64,000 bases of DNA from an uncultured Acidimicrobiia bacterium. GTDB lineage: Bacteria; Acidobacteriota; Terriglobia; Versatilivoradales; Versatilivoraceae. A model generated the notes under the pieces. That model was not told the origin of the DNA. It made no database searches and saw nothing but the letters and a program-made list of their open reading frames with translations. Positions 20,944 through 30,138 of the stretch are shown here, one piece after another. Position 1 is the first letter of the stretch. Each line of letters opens with the position of its first letter. Made by a program: the position numbers and the translations under genes. The stretch covers positions 544,001 to 608,000 of the forward strand of contig CAWBAT010000005.1 in assembly GCA_963786955.1 (NCBI GenBank). The letters are read 5' to 3'.

Positions 20944-21996
20944 ATGATCGAAGCCTCACCCTTCCGCGTCGGACTTTCCGCAGATTTTCTGGATGAGCAG
21001 CATAAACTGATATTCCCGGATTTTGGTCTGGAATTACTGGAAAATGAATCCCGTGTTTCATACGACTTCATCAAGGACTATAAAGGGGAATATACGCCCG
21101 ATCAGCTGGCCCCTTACGATGTCGTGATTTCCTTGAAACCTCGCGTCACGGTTGCCTCGCTCGCCTCTGTGGACAGGCTGTGCGCTATCGGACGGGCCGG
21201 AGTCGGTTATGACAACATTGATCTGAAAGCTTGCACCGATGCCGATGTGGCTCTTTACATTACGCCGCAGGCCGTCGTCCGCCCGATGGCTGAATCCATT
21301 GTTCTCTTCATCCTGGCTCTTTCCCACCATTTGGTTTTGAAAGATTCGATGGTCCGGAAAGGACAATGGCGGGAGAGCACGCGCCGCATGGGAAGAGAGC
21401 CCCGAGACCGAGTCCTGGGGTCGATTGGTCTAGGAGGAATTGGGACCGAGGTGGTTCGCTTGATGCGCCCATTTGAAGTGGGTGCATTCCTGGCCTACGA
21501 CCCGTATCTGGACCCTGCCAAGGCCTCTTCTTTAGGAGTCGAACTCGTCTCACTAGAAGACTTGCTGCACCATTCGGATTATGTGCTGGTCAACTGCCCT
21601 CTCACCCCTGAAACGCGCCACCTGGTGGGGGAGCAACAACTCGCTCTGATGAAGCGGGATGCGGTCCTGATCAATGCGGCCCGCGGCTCGATCGTGGATG
21701 AGGCAGCACTGATTCGCGCACTTCAAACCGGGGTCATTGCCGGGGCGGCTCTCGATGTGGTGGAACATGAACCGTTGGACCCTGCCTCTCCTTTGCTCAC
21801 CATGGACAACGTGATCGTGACTTCACATTCAATCGGCTGGACCGAAGAATTATTTCGCGATATCGGACGAGCCGACTGCACGGGTGCGTTGACAATCCTC
21901 CGAGGCCAAGTTCCTGTCAGCGTCGTAAATAAGGAAGTACTGAAACGCCCCAGCTTCTTGCGAAAGTTGGAGCGGTACAAAAGCAAAGCAAGGTGA
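20944..21996 (+). CDS. D-isomer-specific 2-hydroxyacid dehydrogenase
   Basis: GRAGVGYDNID, GSIGLGGIG, LINAARGSIVDE, GAALDVVEHEP. Confidence 0.88.
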   Translation: MIEASPFRVGLSADFLDEQHKLIFPDFGLELLENESRVSYDFIKDYKGEYTPDQLAPYDVVISLKPRVTVASLASVDRLCAIGRAGVGYDNIDLKACTDADVALYITPQAVVRPMAESIVLFILALSHHLVLKDSMVRKGQWRESTRRMGREPRDRVLGSIGLGGIGTEVVRLMRPFEVGAFLAYDPYLDPAKASSLGVELVSLEDLLHHSDYVLVNCPLTPETRHLVGEQQLALMKRDAVLINAARGSIVDEAALIRALQTGVIAGAALDVVEHEPLDPASPLLTMDNVIVTSHSIGWTEELFRDIGRADCTGALTILRGQVPVSVVNKEVLKRPSFLRKLERYKSKAR

Positions 21997-22049
21997 GATC
22001 GCCTTGATTTCACACCACTGGAAGGCATCGGGATGGGCTCGTTAGTGAT

Positions 22050-22431
22050 GAAAAGCGGGCAGGATGCCCGCGCTCCCAGCGGGACATCTTACCCACCCCT
22101 GAGAGCTAATGACGCGTGAAGGCTTCTCAAGCCTTCATTCCCCTCCGCCGGAGGGAAGGTGTGAAGAAATTCAATTTTGGTTCCCCTCCTTAGTTAAGGA
22201 GGGGGCAAGGGGCTGGTCGTTCTGGTAGGGCGCGCACGCCCCGCGCGCCGCCATGCCCAAACTGGATTCGGCGGTCTCAGCGAGACCGCCCTACCTTACC
22301 CCCTGGAGTCCCCCTTAACCAAGGGGGACACTCGCAGCGCGACACCGAACACAATTCTTTCACAACTTCAGGGGTGTAGGGGTGGGTTTGTCAGAATCAC
22401 ACGAACTCGTCATTCCTAGAGCGCCGCTACA
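22050..22431. repeat. Nested composite of palindromic REP/MITE-like elements
   Basis: Four concentric inverted-repeat pairs; 22091-22170 is nearly identical to 53271-53350. Confidence 0.75.
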
Positions 22432-22473
22432 GTTCGCCCTAAAAAACTCCGGATACGGCTCCATTGCCGCTGA

Positions 22474-22482
22474 TGCTATAAT
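22474..22482 (+). promoter_or_regulatory. Extended -10 promoter candidate
   Basis: TGCTATAAT (TGnTATAAT) about 60 bp upstream of the DUF1549 gene. Confidence 0.5.
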
Positions 22483-22544
22483 ATCCACACGCGGAAGCAT
22501 TTTAGAGGCGTGATCTTCGACAACAGCCGCATTGGGGGATTAGC

Positions 22545-25049
22545 TTGTTCCGATTGTTGTTATTGAACGTAGTGTTCTTGTGTCAGGGATGGCTACTTTG
22601 GGGGCAATCCAATCCAGGATCGGTCCCTTACGCTAGACATTCTGCTGAGACTCAGCCATCGATCCGCATGGAACCGGAAGGGATTGTTCTCGCGCACCCG
22701 GGGGCCTCGCAACACTACATTATTAGTGCAAAAGACTCGAAGGGTACGAGCACGGACGTAACGCATCAGTGTCAGGTTAACTCGTCAGCTCCGGATATCG
22801 TTGAAATCGATCTGGAGAATGCCCGGATCATAGGAAAATCGGCGGGTCAAGCGGAGGTTCGAGTCAGTTGGGGAAAAACGACCCAGACCTCTCGCATCAC
22901 CGTCAGTAATCGATCCCATGATATGGAAATCAGTTTCTCGCCTGAAATCCTCTCAATTCTCACCACCAAGGGCTGCAATGGTTCGGGTTGTCATGGTTCA
23001 CCCGCCGGGCAAAACGGCTTCAAGCTCTCTTTGTTCGGTTACGACGCCGAGGCGGACTATCAGATGATCGTCAAGACTCATGACGGGCGAAGAGTAAATC
23101 TGAAGAATCCGGAGGAAAGCCTCATTCTCCAGAAGCCTTCTTTTACGATTCCTCACGGCGGTGGAAAAGTTCTTCCGAAAGATTCGGAAGAGTATCGAAC
23201 CCTCTTAAACTGGCTCAAGCAGGGAGCCCAGCGGAGCACGAACGGCGTCCGCCTGACGAAATTGGAGCTCGTCCCGGTCAAGCGCGTGCTCGAAGGCAAG
23301 GGGCTTCAGCAGCAGGCTGTCGTCATCGGCCGCCTGTCGGACGGCACGACTCGGGACATGACCCGCGAAGTCCGCTACTCCACCAACGACGATACGGTCG
23401 CTACCCTCTCTCCAGATGGCAAGATCCAGGCAGTCAGCCCTGGCCTCACGACTGTGACGGCCCGCGCATTTGGGCAGGTAGCAGCGGCTCAAATCGGCGT
23501 CGCAGCCCGGTTGGAGGGTGCGGCTCCCCTCAATTTGACTCCGGGGAATTTTATCGATGTCCCTGTATTCAAGAAGATGCACGAAATGAACGTGGCGCCT
23601 GCGCTGCTTTCCTCAGACCAGGAATTCGTGCGGCGAGTTTTCCTGGATACGATCGGACTGCTGCCGACTCCCGCCGAAGTCCGGAAATTTCTTGAAGATC
23701 CTCTTCCTGACAAACGGGCTCGCCTTATTGAAAGACTGCTGCAGCGTCCGGAGTATGCTTCCCTCTGGACAGTCAAATTTGAAGACTGGTTCCGCAACTG
23801 TCAGCTCAATTCGCAAGGCCGTTCGATGGGGACTTTTAAAGATTGGATTCACGGATGGGTCGCAGCGGACCGCCCGTATGACGAGGTCGTTCGGGAGCTA
23901 CTCACGAGCCAGGGTGACACAATGCTCAACCCTGAGGCATGTTTCTGGCACCCGGCATCTGACTTCATGCTGAAGAAATTCAGCGTCAATAAGGTTACCC
24001 CGACCGTCAGCCGTCTCTTCCTCGGGGTTCGGTTGGAGTGCGCCGAGTGTCACAACCATCCCTTGGAAAACCTGACTCAGGACGACTTTTACGGGATGGC
24101 CGCATTCTTCTCACAGCTCCGGGTCAAACACGGATACGGAGCTTATCGCCGCACCTGGTATCTGGAAGAAGACGGAGAAATCGAAAACCCTGTCAAGAAA
24201 CAACCCGCCGTCCTGAAATTCCTGGGAGGAGAGACGCCGGTGCCTCCTGCCGGCGGCGATCGAAGAAAGATCCTGGCAGATTGGGTCGTCAGTCCCCAGA
24301 ATCCGTATTTTGCCAAAGCAACGGTGAATCGGATCTGGCATGAATATTTTGAAACAGGGATTGTCGAACCTTTTGATGATTTCCGTTCCACTAATCTGCC
24401 CACAAACCCGGAATTGTTGGATGATCTGGCGCAACACTTCATTGCGAGTGGTTATCACTTGAAAGCTCTCCATCGGGCGATATTAAATTCCAAAACCTAT
24501 CAGCTTGCTTCGCGCAAGAATGACATTTCTGAAGAGAATTCTCGTTTGGACCGTTTGCTTTTCTCGCGGTATTATCCTCGTAAACTCACGGCCGAAGTTC
24601 TATTGGATGCGGTGGGCCAGCTTGTTGGAGTGCCCCATCCGTTCAAAGGCTATCCCTCGGGAACCTCGGCCAAAGATCTTTATGTTCCGGAAATTCCGGA
24701 TTATTTCCTGGCAACCTTTGGGATGCCACGTCGCGATGTATTGGCAGAGCGAAGCAAAACGCCTACACTGAGCCAAGCTCTGCATATGCAGAATAGCGAA
24801 GTGTTGGCAGAGAAAGTGACGGCCGATCATAATGTCATTGGAGTTTTGCTGGCGAAAAATTTGGATAACTGGAGAATCATTTCGGAGCTTTATGAACGCG
24901 CCTATTCACGGCCGCCTACGGACCGCGAAAAGGTTCTCCTGAAGGATTATGTGACCGCGGAAACAGAGGCGGGGCGGGGCCGAAGACGCGAGCTGGAAGG
25001 CATCCTCTGGTCGCTACTGAACTCAAAAGAATTTCAACTGAATCATTGA
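22545..25049 (+). CDS. DUF1549/DUF1553 protein with Ig-like (Big_2) domains
   Basis: GCNGSGCHG..GQNGFKLSL, FVRRVFLDTIG.LPTP, FLGVRLECAECHNHP, NPYFAKATVNRIW, LNSKEF. Confidence 0.88.
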   Translation: MFRLLLLNVVFLCQGWLLWGQSNPGSVPYARHSAETQPSIRMEPEGIVLAHPGASQHYIISAKDSKGTSTDVTHQCQVNSSAPDIVEIDLENARIIGKSAGQAEVRVSWGKTTQTSRITVSNRSHDMEISFSPEILSILTTKGCNGSGCHGSPAGQNGFKLSLFGYDAEADYQMIVKTHDGRRVNLKNPEESLILQKPSFTIPHGGGKVLPKDSEEYRTLLNWLKQGAQRSTNGVRLTKLELVPVKRVLEGKGLQQQAVVIGRLSDGTTRDMTREVRYSTNDDTVATLSPDGKIQAVSPGLTTVTARAFGQVAAAQIGVAARLEGAAPLNLTPGNFIDVPVFKKMHEMNVAPALLSSDQEFVRRVFLDTIGLLPTPAEVRKFLEDPLPDKRARLIERLLQRPEYASLWTVKFEDWFRNCQLNSQGRSMGTFKDWIHGWVAADRPYDEVVRELLTSQGDTMLNPEACFWHPASDFMLKKFSVNKVTPTVSRLFLGVRLECAECHNHPLENLTQDDFYGMAAFFSQLRVKHGYGAYRRTWYLEEDGEIENPVKKQPAVLKFLGGETPVPPAGGDRRKILADWVVSPQNPYFAKATVNRIWHEYFETGIVEPFDDFRSTNLPTNPELLDDLAQHFIASGYHLKALHRAILNSKTYQLASRKNDISEENSRLDRLLFSRYYPRKLTAEVLLDAVGQLVGVPHPFKGYPSGTSAKDLYVPEIPDYFLATFGMPRRDVLAERSKTPTLSQALHMQNSEVLAEKVTADHNVIGVLLAKNLDNWRIISELYERAYSRPPTDREKVLLKDYVTAETEAGRGRRRELEGILWSLLNSKEFQLNH

Positions 25050-25082
25050 AGAAACCAGCAGGCTCCCTGAATAAAGGAAAAT

Positions 25083-26360
25083 ATGATTATTCCCCCTTCA
25101 TCTTTCATGGGTCCCACGAGCCGCCGCGATTTCATTCGTATCGGAAGTTTGGCAATCGGAGGCCTCAGCCTCCCGCGACTTCTTTCCGCATCACCCAAGC
25201 GGCCGGACCTTTGCTGTATTGTGATTTTCCAAAATGGAGGATCCAGCCAGCTCGATACTTTTGATCCTAAGCCGGATGCCCCACAAGATATTCGGGGCAG
25301 TTTCAAATCGATCCCTACGACGGTCCCCGGAGTTCACATTTCCGAACTACTTCCTCAGACTGCCCGCTCCATGAAAAAATTCTCCATCATCCGCTCGATG
25401 CATTCTGATGAAGCGATTCATGAACGGGCGCGGCAATACATTTCCAGCGGGTCTCGTCCTCGTAACGACTTGATCCAGCCATGTTATGGATCTGTGGTAT
25501 CTAAAGAATTCGGGGTAAAGAACGGTTTACCTCCGTACGTAGTGATTCCCGAAAAGGATCTTTCCGCCGAAGCAGGATTCCTCGGCGCCTCTTTCGATCC
25601 TTTTGTCACCGGAAACCCGAATACGAAAACTTTTTCTGTCAAAGACCTCACATTGCCTTTGGGAGTCACGTTTGACGAGGCCCAAGCGCGAGCCCGGCTG
25701 CTGGCCGCCCTCGATGGAGAATTCAAGAAAGTGGAACAGTCTCCATTAATCGAGAGTATGGATGAGTTTTATCAGAAAGCATTCGATCTGATTTCTTCCC
25801 CGGTTGCCAAGAAGGCTTTTGATTTGAACCAGGAACCCGATAAGCTTCGGGACACTTACGGGAGAAGCACCGTCGGCCAAGGGGCCCTGCTGGCGAGGCG
25901 TTTAATTGAATCAGGAGTGCGGCTCGTCACCATTTACCAGGGAGGATACGACACCCATTCCCTGCACGAGAAGAACACGCAGCCACTTCTCAAAGATTTC
26001 GACCAGGCCTTTCCGGCTCTCCTCGACGACCTTGAACAGCGGGGATTGTTGGAGTCAACCTTGGTCCTGGTGATTGGAGATTTTGGCAGAACCCCCAAGA
26101 TCAATTTTTCGGCCGGGCGCGACCATTGGCCGCGCGGATTTTCTGTGGCCCTGGCAGGCGCAGGAATTAATGGAGGTAAAGTGATCGGCAAGACGGACAA
26201 GGTGGCTGGAGAACCTGTCGATCGGCCGGTAACCATCGAAGACCTGGCTGCCACGGTGTATAAATCCCTGGGCATTGATTATACCAAAAATTACCACGCT
26301 AACGGCCGTCCGGTAACCATCGTCAAAGACGGTGAGCCGGTCATGGAACTCTTCAGCTAA
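25083..26360 (+). CDS. DUF1501 family protein with Tat-like signal
   Basis: SRRDF; GGSSQLDTFDPKP; LLARRLIESGV; YDTH; GDFGRTP; GRDHW. Confidence 0.9.
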   Translation: MIIPPSSFMGPTSRRDFIRIGSLAIGGLSLPRLLSASPKRPDLCCIVIFQNGGSSQLDTFDPKPDAPQDIRGSFKSIPTTVPGVHISELLPQTARSMKKFSIIRSMHSDEAIHERARQYISSGSRPRNDLIQPCYGSVVSKEFGVKNGLPPYVVIPEKDLSAEAGFLGASFDPFVTGNPNTKTFSVKDLTLPLGVTFDEAQARARLLAALDGEFKKVEQSPLIESMDEFYQKAFDLISSPVAKKAFDLNQEPDKLRDTYGRSTVGQGALLARRLIESGVRLVTIYQGGYDTHSLHEKNTQPLLKDFDQAFPALLDDLEQRGLLESTLVLVIGDFGRTPKINFSAGRDHWPRGFSVALAGAGINGGKVIGKTDKVAGEPVDRPVTIEDLAATVYKSLGIDYTKNYHANGRPVTIVKDGEPVMELFS

Positions 26361-26399
26361 GAGTTTGCTCGCTGCAATCCATCCTAAAGATGCGTTATC

Positions 26400-26469
26400 G
26401 TAGGGGCAAAGCATTCCTTAACATTGAAATGGTTTATCGTGACACACTTCACCCAATGCTTTGCCCTAT
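26400..26469. repeat. GTAG-type REP pair
   Basis: GTAGGGGCAAAGCATT ... AATGCTTTGCCCTAT; related to 28851-28920 and ~3858. Confidence 0.65.
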
Positions 26470-26496
26470 CTGAACGATGAACTTTATTGGCTTCCT

Positions 26497-28725
26497 GTGA
26501 AGAACCTGCTTCCCCCATTTTCCGCTCCTAGCTTGCGACGTTTGCTCCAAATGCTCTTATTCCCATTCATTCTGCTGGCTGCAGCGGAGGTTCGAGCGGA
26601 ATGGTCTTCCCCCAGAATCATTCGCGTCTATCCTTTGGGCGCACAGCGGGGAACCGAACTGGAGTTGGAGATTGCAGGTGAATTTCTTGCCAACACGACC
26701 GCCGTAGTCTTCGACTGCAAAGACATCACCTGGTTAGAAACCACTTCTTCGAGCTCGACCCAGCTTACTGGAAAGGTATCGATCTCGCGCGATGCGTGGC
26801 TCGGACCGCACCTACTTCGGGCGGTCACTTTGGACGGTTATTCAAAATCCGCCCTCTTCAGTGTGGGGCAGTTCCCTTCGCTACTGGAAAGAGAACCGAA
26901 CAACGAAATCAAGCTGGCCCAGTCAATTCCTCATTTGCCCATCGAGTTGCAGGGCCGGCTGGATGGCGCCATTGACATGGATTACTTCTCCATTCAAGTG
27001 CGCGCCGGGGAGCACTGGAATTTCGATCTTCGTTCCATTGAGTACGGGTCTGGCCTGGAAACCAAATTAACGTTGCTCGACGTCAGCGGCCACCAGGTCG
27101 CCTTTAACGATGACCGCAGTGATTTTGACGAAACTCCCTGGATTGAACATACATTTACGCGGTCCGGTATCTATTTCCTGAAGGTGGACCAATATCGTGG
27201 CCCGCGCGGCTTCAACTTCGGGAAGGCCTGCACCTATACTCTCCAAATCTCTTCCCTGCCCCGCATTGGGATCATCTCCCCGCTCGGCCTCAGACTTGGC
27301 CAAACAACCCGACTGAACTTATCCGGAACTGACCTGCAGCTCTTGCAAAAAATCTATCTCACCCCGATTCGCCTGGGTGAATATGCTCGAATGACGTACC
27401 CCTATACGACACCCGTCCATTTTCATTCCGATGCCTCCTCTGCTGCCGAGACACCGATGATAGTGGGAAAGCTATTGAATCGAAGCGCCCGTCAACTTCA
27501 GGTTGAATTCACCCTCTCTGGACCATACGAGCCTGGCTTGTGGCGACTGTGGGGGGTTGGCCCTCAGGGAATCAGCGAAGGAGGAACGATAGAGGTTTCA
27601 GCCGCCAAAGAATATGACGAAGCCAGCGCGCCACAGGCGGGTTGGGAAAAGGAGGAGTGCGTTATTAACGGTATTCTGCGTGCTCCCGGCGAAAAAGACG
27701 TCTTCCCGATTCGCGGGTTGGCCGGCCAACCCCTGCACTTCTGGACGCTCGCCGAGCAGTTGGGACTCCCCCATCTCGACACGGTCCTCGAGCTGAGGGA
27801 TAGTACCGGCAAGAGGCTCGCAGGAAACGATGATGTGGTGGCGGGCCAGGGAAATTTACTTGGCAACTCTGACAGCAGCCTCTTCTACACCCCCAAAGAG
27901 GATGGTAACCTCCAACTGATCCTCAAAGACCGCCTGAACCGCGCCGGTGAGAGCTACGTCTATCGACTGAAGGTCAAGAAAGAAGCTCCCAGCTTTCAGC
28001 TGTTCACCAGTCCCGAGAACTTTACCGTGCCGAAGGGAGGCTCGGCTATCCTCAAAGTCCATCTCGTCCGGGAATCAGGATTTGAAGGAGAAGTCTCGAT
28101 TTGGTTTGAAGGGATGCCCCAGGGGGTCGAGGCGCCTAAAGGGAAGTTCAGGGCCGACCAGCTCTTCGAACCCAATGCCGACGGGGCGGACATGATCATT
28201 CCCGAAATTTCTTTTCAAATTCAAGTTCCTGAATCTCTTTCATTGGGTGATTACCCGATACAAATCTTTGGGACTCCGACAGGTGAGGAGTCCAGAGCAG
28301 ATCGTCGGGTTATCGAAGCTCATACCTCCACGCTGATGGGGCCTTTGCTCGACACATGGAACTATATTCGCCGTCCATTGCCGGCCATCGTGATGACCGT
28401 TTGCCAACCCCCGGAAGGCCAACTCACCATTTCCAGTAATCAATTCAGCTTGAGACAAGGCGAAACAACCACTTTGGAATTGAAAGTTCAGCAAGTCCCG
28501 GAGTCTGCCACAATTCAATTGATAAACTTGCCTGAAGGAGTCAAGTACCGGGAATTAGGGAGGCAAGGCGAGCAAGTCACCATGATGCTTGAGGCGAGCC
28601 CAGAAAGTCCTCCCGGAACCTCGGAATTTACAGCCGAATCGCGAATCGGCAAGCGCTGGATTTCGACTCCAATTCTGCAACTGCAAATCCTACCGGTTCG
28701 AAAAATCTCCAAAGCCGGCAATTAG
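26497..28725 (+). CDS. PPC (pre-peptidase C-terminal) domain-containing secreted protein
   Basis: Signal peptide, PLGAQRGT, EREPNN, D.DYF and NDD motifs in two PPC repeats; start uncertain (26497 or 26551). Confidence 0.8.
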   Translation: MKNLLPPFSAPSLRRLLQMLLFPFILLAAAEVRAEWSSPRIIRVYPLGAQRGTELELEIAGEFLANTTAVVFDCKDITWLETTSSSSTQLTGKVSISRDAWLGPHLLRAVTLDGYSKSALFSVGQFPSLLEREPNNEIKLAQSIPHLPIELQGRLDGAIDMDYFSIQVRAGEHWNFDLRSIEYGSGLETKLTLLDVSGHQVAFNDDRSDFDETPWIEHTFTRSGIYFLKVDQYRGPRGFNFGKACTYTLQISSLPRIGIISPLGLRLGQTTRLNLSGTDLQLLQKIYLTPIRLGEYARMTYPYTTPVHFHSDASSAAETPMIVGKLLNRSARQLQVEFTLSGPYEPGLWRLWGVGPQGISEGGTIEVSAAKEYDEASAPQAGWEKEECVINGILRAPGEKDVFPIRGLAGQPLHFWTLAEQLGLPHLDTVLELRDSTGKRLAGNDDVVAGQGNLLGNSDSSLFYTPKEDGNLQLILKDRLNRAGESYVYRLKVKKEAPSFQLFTSPENFTVPKGGSAILKVHLVRESGFEGEVSIWFEGMPQGVEAPKGKFRADQLFEPNADGADMIIPEISFQIQVPESLSLGDYPIQIFGTPTGEESRADRRVIEAHTSTLMGPLLDTWNYIRRPLPAIVMTVCQPPEGQLTISSNQFSLRQGETTTLELKVQQVPESATIQLINLPEGVKYRELGRQGEQVTMMLEASPESPPGTSEFTAESRIGKRWISTPILQLQILPVRKISKAGN

Positions 28726-28749
28726 TAAGCTCAAAAGAGGATTCCGTAA

Positions 28750-28987
28750 TTGTCCCCCTCCATCGAGGGGGACAGTCGCCAATGGCGACAGGGGGTCACC
28801 TTCTTGGTCTCGCCCTACCCCCACCCAGCGTTCCGATAATTCCGGATTATGTAAGGGCGAAGCATTCGCTTTTAAGGTAAACATAACTATGCCATCTGTC
28901 ATCGAATGCTTCGCCCCTACAGACGATGCGTCTTTCTGGAATTGTCTCCCTCAATCGAGGGGACAGTCGCCAATGGCGACAGGGGGT
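28750..28987. repeat. Two direct ~45 bp palindromic repeats enclosing a REP pair
   Basis: TTGTCYCCCTC.ATCGAGGGG(G)ACAGTCGCCAATGGCGACAGGGGG at ~28750 and ~28942. Confidence 0.75.
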
Positions 28988-29014
28988 TAGTATTTCAATG
29001 TGCGTGTTTATTGA

Positions 29015-29120
29015 ATGAATTCGCTTGGCCCAATGGAAATAGGCCTGCTCGGTGCGGATACAGTAGTGCCGTGTCCTGAAGACTCCCTCATCCGGTCAAC
29101 GAGTTTGGGAATTGATCCAT
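29015..29120 (-). pseudogene. intI: Integron integrase 5' remnant (copy 1)
   Basis: Frameshifted PKLVDRMRE / VFRTRHYCIRTEQAYFHWAKR matches the IntI N-terminus (KLLDQVR...HYSIRTEQAYVHW). Confidence 0.8.
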
Positions 29121-29218
29121 GGTTACTCAAATAGGCAGAATTCTGGATATGAAAATAGATGGAATTTTTTCTGTCTATTAATGATCCGCTTCAAATAGGA
29201 ATATATATTTGATATTTT

Positions 29219-29247
29219 TTGACTTAAGAAAGCGTCTGACTCATACT
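29219..29247 (+). promoter_or_regulatory. Putative cassette promoter Pc (copy 1)
   Basis: TTGACT-17 bp-CATACT pointing to attI; spacing is conserved in copy 2. Confidence 0.55.
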
Positions 29248-29298
29248 TCAGCGGCAATTAGACAGAAAACTCGCCAATATTGCAGAGTGCGATATTCG

Positions 29299-29317
29299 GC
29301 TTAATCATTAGTTAGAG
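29299..29317 (+). mobile_element. attI site (copy 1)
   Basis: GCTTAAT-CATTA-GTTAGAG (L box, 5 bp, R box); similarity to copy 2 decays just after GTTAGAGC. Confidence 0.75.
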
Positions 29318-29330
29318 CGCGGAAACCGCT

Positions 29331-30098
29331 ATGCGCATCATCGTTTGGAACTGCGCGATGAGTCTTCACACCAAGTGGGACAGACTGATGGGCCTTCGTC
29401 CGGACGTCGCCGTCATTGCCGAGTGCGCCGACCCCGGCATCCTTTGGTCGCGACGAAAGTCTGCCCCCGAGTGTGACGCTCAATGGATCGGCGACAATCC
29501 ACACAAGGGCCTTGGAGTCTTTGCCTTCCCCGGCTTTTCGTTGAAGCGAGATCAATGCTACGACGCTCGCTTCAAGCAGTTCTTACCGGTGAACGTGTCA
29601 GGTGAGGCGAACTTCTCCCTTCTCGCCATCTGGGCGTTCAACAGACGCACCAAACCAGCGACAACCTCCTATGGCGCCGCGACGATGGCGGCGATCGATC
29701 ATTACCAGGGCTTCCTTAGCGCCAAACGATCGGTTGTCGCTGGCGATTTCAACCATTCAACAAAGTGGGATCACGAACGCAAAGCAGGTAACTTCACCAC
29801 GATCGTATCTCACCTCGAAGGACTAGGCCTAGCCAGCGCGTACCACAAACTCACCAACGTGCCGTTCGGCGCGGAGCCAGATGCGACGCTGTTCTTCCGC
29901 AAAGGACCACTTGAGTACCATATCGATTACTGTTTCCTCCCACGGGAGTGGACGGCGCGCAACGTAGTGGTCGGCAGCCGTGAGCAGTGGATCGGCATCA
30001 GCGACCACGCCCCCTTGGTGGTCGACTGCACCGCGGATCGTGATGCCGCGGTCAAACATCCGCTTGCAGGGGACGCGCCGCAAACGGCGCGCCCCTGA
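29331..30098 (+). CDS. Endonuclease/exonuclease/phosphatase family protein (first cassette)
   Basis: MRIIVWN, PDVAVIAE, VAGDFN, HIDYCF, SDHAP. Confidence 0.88.
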   Translation: MRIIVWNCAMSLHTKWDRLMGLRPDVAVIAECADPGILWSRRKSAPECDAQWIGDNPHKGLGVFAFPGFSLKRDQCYDARFKQFLPVNVSGEANFSLLAIWAFNRRTKPATTSYGAATMAAIDHYQGFLSAKRSVVAGDFNHSTKWDHERKAGNFTTIVSHLEGLGLASAYHKLTNVPFGAEPDATLFFRKGPLEYHIDYCFLPREWTARNVVVGSREQWIGISDHAPLVVDCTADRDAAVKHPLAGDAPQTARP

Positions 30099-30113
30099 AT
30101 CGGGGCGTTAGAC
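30051..30113 (+). mobile_element. attC site
   Basis: GTCAAAC...CAGGGG(A)CGCGCCG-caaa-CGGCGCGCCCCTG...GTTAGAC. Confidence 0.8.
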
Positions 30114-30138
30114 AGCAACAGTCATGTCGAGGTGGATC

